A DNA stretch of 64,000 nucleotides from NCBI GenBank assembly GCA_043739385.1, contig JAYUED010000008.1:893-64892 (forward strand), read 5' to 3'. This stretch comes from Betaproteobacteria bacterium. Lineage in GTDB: Bacteria; Pseudomonadota; Gammaproteobacteria; Burkholderiales; Burkholderiaceae_C. Below are positions 28,081 to 37,617 of this stretch, in pieces (the stretch's first letter is position 1; each line of letters opens with the position of its first letter). Made by a program: the position numbers and the translations under genes. The notes beneath the pieces were generated by a model. The model made no database searches, was not told the origin of the DNA, and saw nothing but the letters and a program-made list of their open reading frames with translations.

Positions 28081-29469
28081 ATGTCACCCACCCCCCCCAA
28101 AAAACCCCCCACCACGCCCCTCGCCACACCGCTTACCTTTACTGAAGCGCTTAAATTCTGGTTCAAGCTCGGCCTCATCAGCTTTGGTGGCCCTGCTGGG
28201 CAAATCGCCATCATGCACCGCGTGCTGGTTGAGCAAAAGCGCTGGATCAGTGAAAAGCGCTTCCTGCACGCGCTCAACTACTGCATGTTGCTGCCCGGCC
28301 CCGAGGCGCAGCAGCTCGCTACCTACATCGGCTGGCTGCTGCACCGAACTTGGGGTGGCGTGGCGGCGGGGGTTTTGTTTGTACTGCCATCGCTGTTTAT
28401 TTTGATCGCCTTGAGCTGGATTTACGTCGTCTTTGGCAGCGTGCCCTGGGTGGCAGGACTGCTTTACGGCATCAAACCTGCGGTGGCGGCACTGGTGGTG
28501 CAGGCGGTACACCGTATTGGCAGTAAAACTCTAAAGAAACCAACTAAGGCGCCAATCCTTTGGGCTATAGCGGCCATCAGTTTCGTGGCAATTTACGTGT
28601 TTTCCGTCCCCTTTCCAGCCATCGTTCTGGGCGCGGCACTCGCTGGTTGGTTGGGGTCTAAATGGGTTCCGAGGCAGTTCGCGGGTGGTGGCGCGCATGG
28701 CGCGGTGAAAGAAAGCTACGGCCCCGCGTTGATCGATGACGACACCCCCACGCCTGAACACGCCCGCTTCAAGCCTGCCCGGCTGGTGGCCGTGGTGGTG
28801 GTGGGCGCCGCGCTCTGGCTTGCCCCGATGGGCGCGTTGGTCGCATCGCATGGCTGGGACGCTACGCTGGCCCAAATGGGTTGGTTTTTCACCAAAGCCG
28901 CGTTGCTGACATTTGGCGGCGCGTATGCCGTGCTGCCTTATGTCTACCAAGGTGCGGTGGAGCAGTTTGGCTGGCTTACTGGCACGCAAATGATTGATGG
29001 CCTCGCCTTGGGCGAAACCACGCCTGGCCCGCTCATTATGGTGGTGGCTTTCGTGGGGTTTCTGGGAGGCTGGAGCAAGGAGGTACTGGGGCCAGACGCT
29101 TTGTTCTTGGGCGCAGCGCTAGCAGCCACGGTGGTGACGTGGTTCACGTTCTTGCCGTCGTTCGTATTCATTCTGGCTGGCGGGCCACTGGTCGAGGCTA
29201 CCCACGGCAAGCTGCAATTCACCGCACCCCTTACCGCCATTACGGCAGCGGTGGTCGGTGTGATTGCCAGTCTCGCTTTGTTTTTCATAGCTAACATAGC
29301 ATTACTGCCGGGCACTACTGCGGTATTCCCCCTGAATATCGATTGGGCAGCTTTAGCGCTGACTGTAGCGGCAGGTGTGGCGCTTATACGTTTCAAACGC
29401 GGCGTGATTTCTGTAATTGCCGCTTGTGCGCTCGCCGGGTTGGTGCTGCGGCTGGTTGGTTGGGCCTGA
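28081..29469 (+). CDS. chrA: Chromate transporter ChrA (duplicated CHR domains)
   Basis: FWFKLGLISFGGPAGQIAIMH...LLPGPEAQQLA, and a second half with LLTFGGAYAVLPY...ETTPGPLIMV. ATG at 28081. Confidence 0.9.
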   Translation: MSPTPPKKPPTTPLATPLTFTEALKFWFKLGLISFGGPAGQIAIMHRVLVEQKRWISEKRFLHALNYCMLLPGPEAQQLATYIGWLLHRTWGGVAAGVLFVLPSLFILIALSWIYVVFGSVPWVAGLLYGIKPAVAALVVQAVHRIGSKTLKKPTKAPILWAIAAISFVAIYVFSVPFPAIVLGAALAGWLGSKWVPRQFAGGGAHGAVKESYGPALIDDDTPTPEHARFKPARLVAVVVVGAALWLAPMGALVASHGWDATLAQMGWFFTKAALLTFGGAYAVLPYVYQGAVEQFGWLTGTQMIDGLALGETTPGPLIMVVAFVGFLGGWSKEVLGPDALFLGAALAATVVTWFTFLPSFVFILAGGPLVEATHGKLQFTAPLTAITAAVVGVIASLALFFIANIALLPGTTAVFPLNIDWAALALTVAAGVALIRFKRGVISVIAACALAGLVLRLVGWA

Positions 29470-29552
29470 GGCCGAACCCGTCCGCCCTCTTTCGAAGCGG
29501 GTGTTATCCAGACGCTAAAGGCGTTTCATCGGAAAAACCCGAGTTGCAGCAG

Positions 29553-29590
29553 CCGTTTAAATTTGTATGATGACTTTACAAATTTAACGG
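29553..29590. promoter_or_regulatory. Inverted repeat (candidate operator) upstream of ltnD
   Basis: ccgttTAAATTTGTA-tgatgactt-TACAAATTTAacgg. The 10-bp core arms are perfect, the spacer is 9 bp, and the repeat ends 21 nt before the ATG at 29611. Confidence 0.4.
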
Positions 29591-29610
29591 CTGTAGCAGC
29601 GATTTTCACC

Positions 29611-30567
29611 ATGCCCCAACCCGAACATCCCAGCATTTCTAATCTTGGCAACACCTTTGCCGACGCAAAGGTCGGGGTTGTTGGTCTGGGCGCGATGGGC
29701 AGTGGCATGGCCGCATCGCTACGCCGCCACGGCTGTAACGTCCACGTGTTCGACGTGCGCACCGAGGTGGCTCAAGCCTTTGCGAAGGAGGGCGGCGTGG
29801 TGTGTGCATCTCTGGCAGAGCTCGGTGCGTTGTGCCAAGTCATCGTTAGCGTTGTTGTTAACGCGGCACAAACAGAGAGCGTGCTGTTTGGCCCGAATGA
29901 TGACGGCACCGGTTGTGCTGCCACCATGCCATCCGGCAGTGTGTTCGTGATGTGCTCTACCGTAGACCCGAACTGGTCGGTCGCGCTCGAAGCCCGTCTG
30001 GCCCAACTTGGCATTCTCTACATCGATGCCCCCATCTCTGGTGGGGCGGCTAAAGCAGCCAGTGGGCAGATGACGATGATGACGGCTGCCTCGCCTGCCG
30101 CCTACACCGCTGTGGGGCCGCTGCTCGACGCCATGGCGGCCAAGGTTTACCGCTTGGGGGATTCCGCTGGTTCGGGCAGCAAGGTCAAAATCATCAACCA
30201 GCTGCTGGCAGGTGTGCACATTGCCGCTGCTGCCGAGGCGATGGCGCTGGGTCTGCGCGAGGGCGTGGACGCGGCTGCGCTTTACGAGGTCATCACCCAC
30301 AGTGCGGGCAACAGTTGGATGTTCGAGAACCGCATGGCGCATGTGCTGGCGGCAGATTACACGCCGCTGTCAGCAGTGGACATTTTCGTCAAAGATTTGG
30401 GGCTGGTACTCGACATGGCCCGCGCTAGCAAGTTCCCATTGCCGCTGTCCAGCACGGCACATCAGATGTTCATGCAAGCGTCTACAGCAGGCTTTGCAAG
30501 GGAAGATGACAGCGCCGTTATCAAGATTTTTCCTGGCATTGAGTTACCCAAAAAGCCCGTGCTGTAG
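29611..30567 (+). CDS. ltnD: Beta-hydroxyacid dehydrogenase family; L-threonate dehydrogenase-like (YgbJ/LtnD)
   Basis: VGVVGLGAMGSGMA Rossmann motif and a 3-hydroxyisobutyrate-DH-type C-terminal domain, in context with otnK/otnC/otnI. Confidence 0.75.
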   Translation: MPQPEHPSISNLGNTFADAKVGVVGLGAMGSGMAASLRRHGCNVHVFDVRTEVAQAFAKEGGVVCASLAELGALCQVIVSVVVNAAQTESVLFGPNDDGTGCAATMPSGSVFVMCSTVDPNWSVALEARLAQLGILYIDAPISGGAAKAASGQMTMMTAASPAAYTAVGPLLDAMAAKVYRLGDSAGSGSKVKIINQLLAGVHIAAAAEAMALGLREGVDAAALYEVITHSAGNSWMFENRMAHVLAADYTPLSAVDIFVKDLGLVLDMARASKFPLPLSSTAHQMFMQASTAGFAREDDSAVIKIFPGIELPKKPVL

Positions 30568-30694
30568 CTCCGCGTATCCCGCAATGGGGGCTCCTTGTAA
30601 ACCCTATAAAACGCGTTTCAGCATATGCTTCGCGGCTCCAAAATTTATATCTGGCCACCCCTTCCGACCCCTAACCACCTTTTAGGAGACTGCT

Positions 30695-31672
30695 TTGAAA
30701 CTGAAAACTCTCGCTTTGTTGATGGCTACCGCAGGTCTGTCTGCCCTGTCCGTTTCGGCCCAGGCGCAAACTATTATCAAAATCGGTTACGCCGTGTCGG
30801 CGACCTCGCACTATGGCGTGGGCAGCACAGCGTTTTGTGACGAAGTGGAGAAGGGCACCCAAGGGCGCTACAAATGCCAGCAGTTTCCTAACAGTTCTTT
30901 GGGTGGGGAGCGCGAGATGATCGAGTCAGTACAGCTGGGTACGCTGGACGTGGTGAACACCTCCACCGGTCCGGTGGGTAACTTTGTGCCTGAAGTCAAG
31001 ATCGTGGACATCCCCTTCTTGTTCCGTGACTACGACCACGCCCGAAAGGTGATGGACGGCCCTATTGGTCAGGATATCTTGACGAAATTTCCGGCCAAAG
31101 GTTTGGTCGCGCTCTCCTGGGTTGAGAACGGCTTTCGCCACATGACGAACAGCAAGCACCCCATCATCAAACCCTCTGATGCGGCCGGTTTGAAAATGCG
31201 CACCATGGAAAATAAAGTTCATATGGACGGCTACCGTGCCTTTGGTATCCTGCCTACGCCTATGGCCTTTCCCGAGGTGTTTGGCGCGTTGCAGCAGGGT
31301 ACTGTGGACGGCCAGGAGAACCCCATACCGGTGATTTTGGCGTCCAAGTTTTCACAGGTCCAAAAATACTTGTCACTGACGGGGCATGTCTACTCACCAG
31401 CTCTGCTCATCACCTCGCCACGGGTGATGAACAAGCTCAGCGATGCCGATAAAAAGGTGTTCTATGAAGCGGCTAAAAAGGCCACAGTAGCCCAGCGTAA
31501 AAAAGTGAATGATGACGAGGCGACGGGTATTGCGCAGCTGGAAAAAGACGGTATGAGTGTTGTCACCAAGGTAGACGGCCAAGCTTTTCGCGATGCTTTG
31601 AAGCCGGTGTACGTGAGCTACTCCAAAGATTTTGGTGCTGAAAATATCAAAAAAATTCAAGATGTGAAATAA
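30695..31672 (+). CDS. dctP: TRAP transporter substrate-binding protein (DctP family)
   Basis: 325 aa with a signal peptide, TTG start and aggag RBS. Followed by the small and large TRAP membrane subunits. Confidence 0.9.
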   Translation: MKLKTLALLMATAGLSALSVSAQAQTIIKIGYAVSATSHYGVGSTAFCDEVEKGTQGRYKCQQFPNSSLGGEREMIESVQLGTLDVVNTSTGPVGNFVPEVKIVDIPFLFRDYDHARKVMDGPIGQDILTKFPAKGLVALSWVENGFRHMTNSKHPIIKPSDAAGLKMRTMENKVHMDGYRAFGILPTPMAFPEVFGALQQGTVDGQENPIPVILASKFSQVQKYLSLTGHVYSPALLITSPRVMNKLSDADKKVFYEAAKKATVAQRKKVNDDEATGIAQLEKDGMSVVTKVDGQAFRDALKPVYVSYSKDFGAENIKKIQDVK

Positions 31673-31724
31673 GCCAGCACGATATCCCCAGCAGCCTGCG
31701 CCCACCCTGTTAAAAGAAACTGTT

Positions 31725-32237
31725 ATGCATGTCTTTGAGCATTACTTTATGGCCTTCAACCGATGGCTTCTGATTGGGATTTTGGCGGTCATGTCCGTCA
31801 TCATCTTTGCCAACGTAGGTTTGCGTTATCTCACGAATGAATCCATCGTCTGGGCTGAAGAGGTGGCCCGGCATTTGATGATCTGGCTGACCTTTCTCGG
31901 CTGCGGCCCGGTGCTGCGTTACGGTGGGCACATTGCGGTTGAAAACCTGCAAGATGCCTTGCCCAAGGTGGCGGCGCAGGCAGTAAGGGCTGTGATTGCG
32001 CTGCTGCTGCTGGGCTTCTTTGGCTTCTTTGTGTGGTTTGGAATCGAGTACATGGACCGCACGCAGTATCAGCAAACACCCACCACGCAAATTTCCATGG
32101 CCTACATTTACGCCTCACTGCCGGTGGGCGCAGTCATGGCCATCGTGCATTTGATGCTGGTGATGCGCGGTTATGTGCTGCACCGCACTTTTGCGTCGGA
32201 TGCCCACTTTGATGCCACAGCGAGTGCCTCCCTATGA
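31725..32237 (+). CDS. dctQ: TRAP transporter small permease (DctQ family)
   Basis: 170 aa, 4 TM segments, with WAEEVARHLMIWLTFLG. Confidence 0.88.
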   Translation: MHVFEHYFMAFNRWLLIGILAVMSVIIFANVGLRYLTNESIVWAEEVARHLMIWLTFLGCGPVLRYGGHIAVENLQDALPKVAAQAVRAVIALLLLGFFGFFVWFGIEYMDRTQYQQTPTTQISMAYIYASLPVGAVMAIVHLMLVMRGYVLHRTFASDAHFDATASASL

Positions 32238-33526
32238 GTGCGAGTGCGATGCTCTTGATTTCGGCCTGTATTTATCTGGCCATTGGCGTTCCGGTAGCGT
32301 TTGCGCTGGGCTTGTCCACCATCACAGCGTTGCTGGTATCTGGCAATTTTCCGATGTTGGTGTTGCTGAAAGAGACCTTCACTGGTATCGACAGCTTTCC
32401 ACTCATGGCGGTGCCCTTTTTCATCTTGGCGGCAGAGCTGATGAGTGGTGGCTCGTTGACCGAGGTGTTGCTCAAGTTTGCAGGCCAGTTCGTCGGCCAC
32501 AAGCGTGGCGGTCTGGGTTATACCAACGTGGTGGCGCTGACGTTCTTTTCCGGTATCTCTGGTTCCGCCTTGGCAGACGCCGCAGGCCCCGGTGCGATGA
32601 TGATTCGCATGATGGACAAGGCTGGTTACGGCAGGCCTTATGCGGCGGCGCTCACCGCGTCTACCGCTATCGTCGGGCCCATCATTCCGCCCTCCATCAT
32701 CATGATTATTTATGCGCTTGCTGACGACAACGTCTCGGTGGGGGCGCTGTTCGTGGCTGGGCTGATTCCGGGCTTGCTGATCGCGGTAGCGATGTGTTGT
32801 GTGAACTGGTATGTGTCTAAACAGCGCAACTACAAGGGCGATGGCCAACTGCCCACATGGCCCGAGATTGTGCGTACCACTTGGCGCGCGCTGCCGGCGG
32901 TGCTGCTGCCAGTGCTGATTTTGGGTGGGATGCGTGCTGGTTGGTTCACGCCCACCGAGGCTTCGGTAGTCGCGGTGTTCTACGCGCTGTTCTGCGGCAA
33001 ATACATCTACCGCACGCTGGAATGGAAGGCCGTGCCTGACATCCTTTCGCGCTCAGCATTATTGACAGCCTCGGTTCTCATCATCATTGGCCTGTCCGCT
33101 TCATTCGCGTGGGTGCTGACGATTGAAAACGTGCCGCAAAACGTGGCGAACTGGATCGTTTCCATGCACCTTAATGCCTGGACGTTCCTGATCGTCGTCA
33201 ACGTGTTTTTATTGCTGTTTGGCATTTTCATCGAGCCACTGCCTGGTGTGATGGTGCTGGTGCCGATCCTCGCCCCTGTGGCTGCCAAGTTGGGTGTGGA
33301 CCCAATTCATTTTGCGATGGTGGTCATCTACAACCTTACGCTGGGGATGATCACGCCACCAGTGGGCGGGCTGCTGTTTGTTACGTCCAACGTGTCCAAG
33401 GTGCCGCTTTCCGAGTTGACGCGTGAACTCGTCCCTTTTCTGTGGGCGCATGGCGCGGTGCTGATGCTGTTGACCTTCATGCCCGCTTTGAGCAACTGGC
33501 TGCCCCATGTGATGGGCTTCAAGTAA
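32234..33526 (+). CDS. dctM: TRAP transporter large permease (DctM family)
   Basis: 430 aa, polytopic, with a 4-nt overlap onto dctQ. Confidence 0.92.
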   Translation: MSASAMLLISACIYLAIGVPVAFALGLSTITALLVSGNFPMLVLLKETFTGIDSFPLMAVPFFILAAELMSGGSLTEVLLKFAGQFVGHKRGGLGYTNVVALTFFSGISGSALADAAGPGAMMIRMMDKAGYGRPYAAALTASTAIVGPIIPPSIIMIIYALADDNVSVGALFVAGLIPGLLIAVAMCCVNWYVSKQRNYKGDGQLPTWPEIVRTTWRALPAVLLPVLILGGMRAGWFTPTEASVVAVFYALFCGKYIYRTLEWKAVPDILSRSALLTASVLIIIGLSASFAWVLTIENVPQNVANWIVSMHLNAWTFLIVVNVFLLLFGIFIEPLPGVMVLVPILAPVAAKLGVDPIHFAMVVIYNLTLGMITPPVGGLLFVTSNVSKVPLSELTRELVPFLWAHGAVLMLLTFMPALSNWLPHVMGFK

Positions 33527-33554
33527 CTTAAAACTCACTTAAAACGAGGTACAC

Positions 33555-34850
33555 ATGCTCAAACTGGGTTGCATTGCCGACGACTTTACTGGGGCCACCG
33601 ACCTCGCTAACAATTTGGTGCGCGCGGGGATGCGGGTGGTACAGACCATTGGAGTGCCTGCTGCCCCATGGGGTGAGCCGTTTAGTGGGAACGTGGATGC
33701 GGTGGTGGTGGCGCTCAAGTCCCGCACCATCGCTCCTGCTGATGCTGTGCGCCAGTCGCTGGAGGCTTTGGCGTGGCTTAAAGCCGCAGGGGCTGCACAG
33801 ATTTACTTCAAATACTGCTCCACCTTTGACAGCACCGCGCAAGGCAATATCGGCCCTGTAATGGAGGCGCTGATGGACGCTTTGGATACTGATTTCACCA
33901 TCGCGACCCCAGCTTTCCCCGACAACAACCGTACCGTATTCAAGGGCTACCTGTTTGCTGGCGATGGCTTGCTGAACGAGAGCGGCATGCAAAACCACCC
34001 GCTCACGCCCATGGTCGACGCCAACCTGGTGCGGGTACTGCAAGCGCAATGCGGGCGTGAGGTCGGTCTGATCGACTACCGCACCGTCGCTCTGGGCACC
34101 GAGGCTATTACTGAACGCATCGCGCAGCTGAAGACGCGAGGTGTGGGTATTGCCATCGTAGACGCCATTTCTAACGACGACCTGATACGCCTCGGCCCTG
34201 CGCTCAAATCCCTACCGTTGGTGACCGCAGGTTCCGGTGTGGCCATCGGTTTGCCGCAAAACTTCGGTATCGCACCGACGTCGCAGTCAAGCCAATTGCC
34301 TGCAGCACGCGGCTGGCAGGCTGTGGTTTCAGGCAGTTGCTCGCTGGCTACCAACCGACAGGTTCAGGCCTTTATCGCAGCCAAGCGGCCCGCGTGGGCA
34401 CTCGATCCACTGAACATCGCCCGCCAAGAAGCTGCAGGCGTGAATGTGGTGGCCGAGGTTTTAGCTTGGGCGGCGCCACTGTTACCCCAAGGGCCGGTGC
34501 TGGTGTACGCCACAGCGGACGCCCAGTCGGTGAAAGCCGTTCAAGTCCAGTTGGGTGTAGACGAGGCTGGCGCATTGGTTGAGCGCACGTTGGCTGCTAT
34601 TGCGGGTGCGTTGGTGGCTTCTGGCGTGGGGCAATTGATCGTTGCAGGTGGAGAGACTTCGGGTGCATGCGTGCAAGCGCTGGGTATCACCCAGTTGCAG
34701 ATTGGCCCGCAGATTGACCCCGGTGTACCGTGGTGCCATGCGCACAGCGCAGCGGCGGGGCAAGGGATTCAGGGTGTTCACCTTGCGCTCAAATCTGGCA
34801 ATTTTGGGGGTGATGACTTCTTTACTAAAGCCTTTACTCAGCTGGGCTGA
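33555..34850 (+). CDS. otnK: Four-carbon acid-sugar kinase (DUF1537); 3-oxo-tetronate kinase-like (YgbK/OtnK)
   Basis: CIADDFTGATDLAN, KYCSTFDSTAQGNIGPV, VAGGETSG and LALKSGNFG, colinear with E. coli YgbK as I recall it. Confidence 0.85.
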   Translation: MLKLGCIADDFTGATDLANNLVRAGMRVVQTIGVPAAPWGEPFSGNVDAVVVALKSRTIAPADAVRQSLEALAWLKAAGAAQIYFKYCSTFDSTAQGNIGPVMEALMDALDTDFTIATPAFPDNNRTVFKGYLFAGDGLLNESGMQNHPLTPMVDANLVRVLQAQCGREVGLIDYRTVALGTEAITERIAQLKTRGVGIAIVDAISNDDLIRLGPALKSLPLVTAGSGVAIGLPQNFGIAPTSQSSQLPAARGWQAVVSGSCSLATNRQVQAFIAAKRPAWALDPLNIARQEAAGVNVVAEVLAWAAPLLPQGPVLVYATADAQSVKAVQVQLGVDEAGALVERTLAAIAGALVASGVGQLIVAGGETSGACVQALGITQLQIGPQIDPGVPWCHAHSAAAGQGIQGVHLALKSGNFGGDDFFTKAFTQLG

Positions 34851-34865
34851 CCTAGGGCAAGGGAC

Positions 34866-35561
34866 ATGACCGACATGACAGAATCTCAAGCCCGTGACGA
34901 AATTTGCCGTATCGGCCATAGCCTGTTTGCGCGAGGCTATGTCCACGCCACTGCAGGCAACATCAGCATTCGCTTGGACGAGGAATACGGCGGGGGCTAC
35001 CTCATCACACCAACCGATGCCTGCCTGGGTTTTCTCGACCCCGCACGGTTGGCCCGGCTAGACGCGCAGCTGAACCTCCTCAGTGGCGATGAAGCCAGTA
35101 AAACTATAGCACTCCATCAAGGTATATACAGGACATCAAGGCTATTTGACTCAAAAACTTGCTGCGTCATTCATACCCACAGCACTCACTGCGTGCAATT
35201 GAGCCTGCACCCCAACGCCACCGAGCTGCTGCCCGCCCTCACCCCCTACTTCGTCATGAAAGTAGGCCACGTCCCACTTATCCCCTACTACCGTCCTGGT
35301 GCGCCCCAAGCCGCCGAGGTCGTCGCTCAGACCATCACCCACTACGGTGAGCGCGGCACGCCCTTGCGCGCCGTGATGCTGACACGCCTAGGTCCCAACG
35401 TCTGGCACGACAGCCCCGCTGCGGCGATGGCAACGCTGGAAGAGCTGGAGGAAACGGCTCGTTTGGCCTGCCAAATCCGTGCATCAGGCACCACGTTTCC
35501 CGAACCATTAGCCCCACACCATATTCAGGAACTGCGCGATACTTTTGGCGCACGCTGGTGA
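34866..35561 (+). CDS. otnC: Class II aldolase/adducin family; 3-oxo-tetronate 4-phosphate decarboxylase-like (YgbL/OtnC)
   Basis: GYVHATAGNISIRL ... IHTHS, directly after otnK. Confidence 0.8.
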   Translation: MTDMTESQARDEICRIGHSLFARGYVHATAGNISIRLDEEYGGGYLITPTDACLGFLDPARLARLDAQLNLLSGDEASKTIALHQGIYRTSRLFDSKTCCVIHTHSTHCVQLSLHPNATELLPALTPYFVMKVGHVPLIPYYRPGAPQAAEVVAQTITHYGERGTPLRAVMLTRLGPNVWHDSPAAAMATLEELEETARLACQIRASGTTFPEPLAPHHIQELRDTFGARW

Positions 35562-35638
35562 TGCGCCCAACACCACAATGCGCCACTGCAAGCCATGCGG
35601 TTGCCCTTCTTTTGAACTGATACCGACACGACACCACC

Positions 35639-36472
35639 ATGCCTAAATTTGCCGCCAACCTGTCGATGATGTACACCGACATGCCTTTCCTTGATCGCTT
35701 TGACGCCGCTGCCAAAGATGGCTTCAAAGCCGTGGAATATCTCTTCCCCTACGCATTTGCAAAAGAAGAACTGGCCGCCCGCCTTCAGGCTAACGGTCTG
35801 CAACAGGTGCTGTTCAACGCCCCCCCTGGCGGCACGGATGCGGCGTCCATCACCCACGCCTGGGACACCACAGGCAGGCGTGGTACCGCCTGCCTGCCCG
35901 GTCTGGAAGCTGAATTCCGTGCCGGTGTGGTGCTGGCGCTCGACTATGCCCAAGCCCTGAACTGCCCCCGTATCCACCTGATGGCGGGTCTCATCCCTCA
36001 AGGTTCAGAACGCGAAGCCGTGCAGCCCACCTATCTCGCTAACCTGCGCTGGGCCGCCGCTGAGGCTGCCAAACAGGGATTAGATGTACTCATTGAGCCT
36101 ATCAACACCCGCGACATCCCACGTTTTTTCCTGAACCGCCAAGACCATGCGCACGAAATAATCGATATGGTGGGAGCGCCTAATTTGAAAGTGCAGATGG
36201 ATCTGTACCACTGCCAAATCGTCGAGGGCGATGTGGCCATGAAAATCCGCCAGTACCTGCCCACTGGGCGTGTCGGTCATTTCCAGATTGCCGGTGTGCC
36301 CGAGCGGCATGAACCCGATGTGGGTGAGGTGAACTACCCGTATTTGCTTCAGGTCATCGACGAAGTAGCCAAAGCAACCGGTTGGGAGGGCTGGGTAGGG
36401 TGCGAATACCGGCCACGGCTAGGCGCTCAGGCGGGCGGAACAACGGCCGGGTTGGGATGGATGAGCGCTTAA
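35639..36472 (+). CDS. otnI: Hydroxypyruvate-isomerase family; 2-oxo-tetronate isomerase-like (YgbM/OtnI)
   Basis: [21 protein letters not shown]...IEPIN...HFQIAG. Confidence 0.8.
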   Translation: MPKFAANLSMMYTDMPFLDRFDAAAKDGFKAVEYLFPYAFAKEELAARLQANGLQQVLFNAPPGGTDAASITHAWDTTGRRGTACLPGLEAEFRAGVVLALDYAQALNCPRIHLMAGLIPQGSEREAVQPTYLANLRWAAAEAAKQGLDVLIEPINTRDIPRFFLNRQDHAHEIIDMVGAPNLKVQMDLYHCQIVEGDVAMKIRQYLPTGRVGHFQIAGVPERHEPDVGEVNYPYLLQVIDEVAKATGWEGWVGCEYRPRLGAQAGGTTAGLGWMSA

Positions 36473-36607
36473 CTACGGCGTTTGTTACCGTTATTTACGC
36501 GACTCACGTTACTTACGTTACTCATGCCTCCCCATGCAACAACCCCATAAACCGCTCCGTCACTGCATTCACTGGCCTGTCGCAGTGAAGCAGACTGCCC
36601 CACGCCG

Positions 36608-37120
36608 TTAGGGACGGTCTGAACAACTCAAGTACAAGCGTACTTGCAGGTTGCTATATTTTGCATCGTGAATTAAAGCGGCAGAGTCATTGAGTTCACT
36701 GACCCTTTGCCGCGTGCAGGAGCCGTATTCTTCTTCAATTCCCGGTAGTGCACCTTGGTGATCCCTTGGTAACCGGTGTCCCCGAAGGCGTCGACTTCCT
36801 GGCCGTGCCGCAGGCTGTTGCCCTCGGTGACGTCGCCCACATGACCCGATGTGCACCAGACCCGAATCCGCATCCACCCCAATGTGGGCTTTCATACCGA
36901 AGGGCCATTGGCGGCCCTTCTTGCTGGAATGCATCACCGGGTCGCGTGCTCTGTCTTTGTTCTTCGTGGAGCTGGGCGTGGGGATCCGCGTGGCGTCCAC
37001 GGCCGTGCCTGCCTTGAGCAGCAAGCCGCGCTCGCTGAGCAGCGCATTGACCACTACCAGGACTGCTCGGCCAGCTCGTGGCGCTCCAGACGGTAACGTC
37101 CCCTTTGGTTCACCGACCCA
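36608..37120 (-). mobile_element. Decayed IS5-family transposase relic (several frameshifts, truncated at both ends)
   Basis: Three minus-strand frames carry [14 protein letters not shown], then [67 protein letters not shown], then [30 protein letters not shown]. No intact DDE ORF and no inverted repeats were recognised. Confidence 0.7.
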
Positions 37121-37149
37121 CCTTATGGTTTTTGAGTGACCGGGAAGGC

Positions 37150-37341
37150 CATCAAACCGCCAATCATGTGTTTTTCTACAGCCTGCTTACTGGTAAATTG
37201 ACCGCTTCCGCTGCCTGGGTGAACGAGCCCAATCGCCTGGCGTTTGCGCCAAAGGAAACCTTGCTCTACGTGTCGGATACCTCGTCTGCTCTGCTGCAGA
37301 TCGACGACGTGTGTGTGTCCGCAGTCGCTGCGCTTGGCTGA
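37150..37341 (+). pseudogene. Possible fragment of an SMP-30/gluconolactonase/LRE-family gene
   Basis: The short frame ...NEPNRLAFAPKETLLYVSDTSS resembles the NGLAFSPD.KTLYV.DT motif. No full-length ORF is present, and it abuts the IS relic. Confidence 0.35.
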
Positions 37342-37567
37342 TGGCCCCGGAGCCTTGCAAATGAAGGTGAGCTTCGTTGAATATATGGCAGCGAAGTGGT
37401 GCTTATGGGGCAACTCGCGGGCAGTGCAGAGGCGCCTCCATCATGTGGTGCCCGGCCACCGCACCGCTTCGCTCCACCAGACTGTAGTGCTGGATATTGA
37501 TCTTGCTGCCCTACACCTGTTTGACAAAGCGACGGACCTGCATGTGTGAAATTGTGTAAAAACGTGT

Positions 37568-37585
37568 GTTAATGTTAATGTTAAT
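37568..37585. repeat. (GTTAAT)x3 perfect tandem hexamer
   Basis: Read directly, 33 nt upstream of the solute-binding protein ATG. Confidence 0.9.
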
Positions 37586-37617
37586 GTGCGTTTTTTGACA
37601 GTTTGAAGGAGACAGCC

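Noticed and set aside
37568-37585. A possible CRISPR or minisatellite, given the short tandem repeats here and at 41871-41894.
   Set aside because: There are only 2-3 directly abutting units, with no spacers and no cas genes, so these are not CRISPR arrays.
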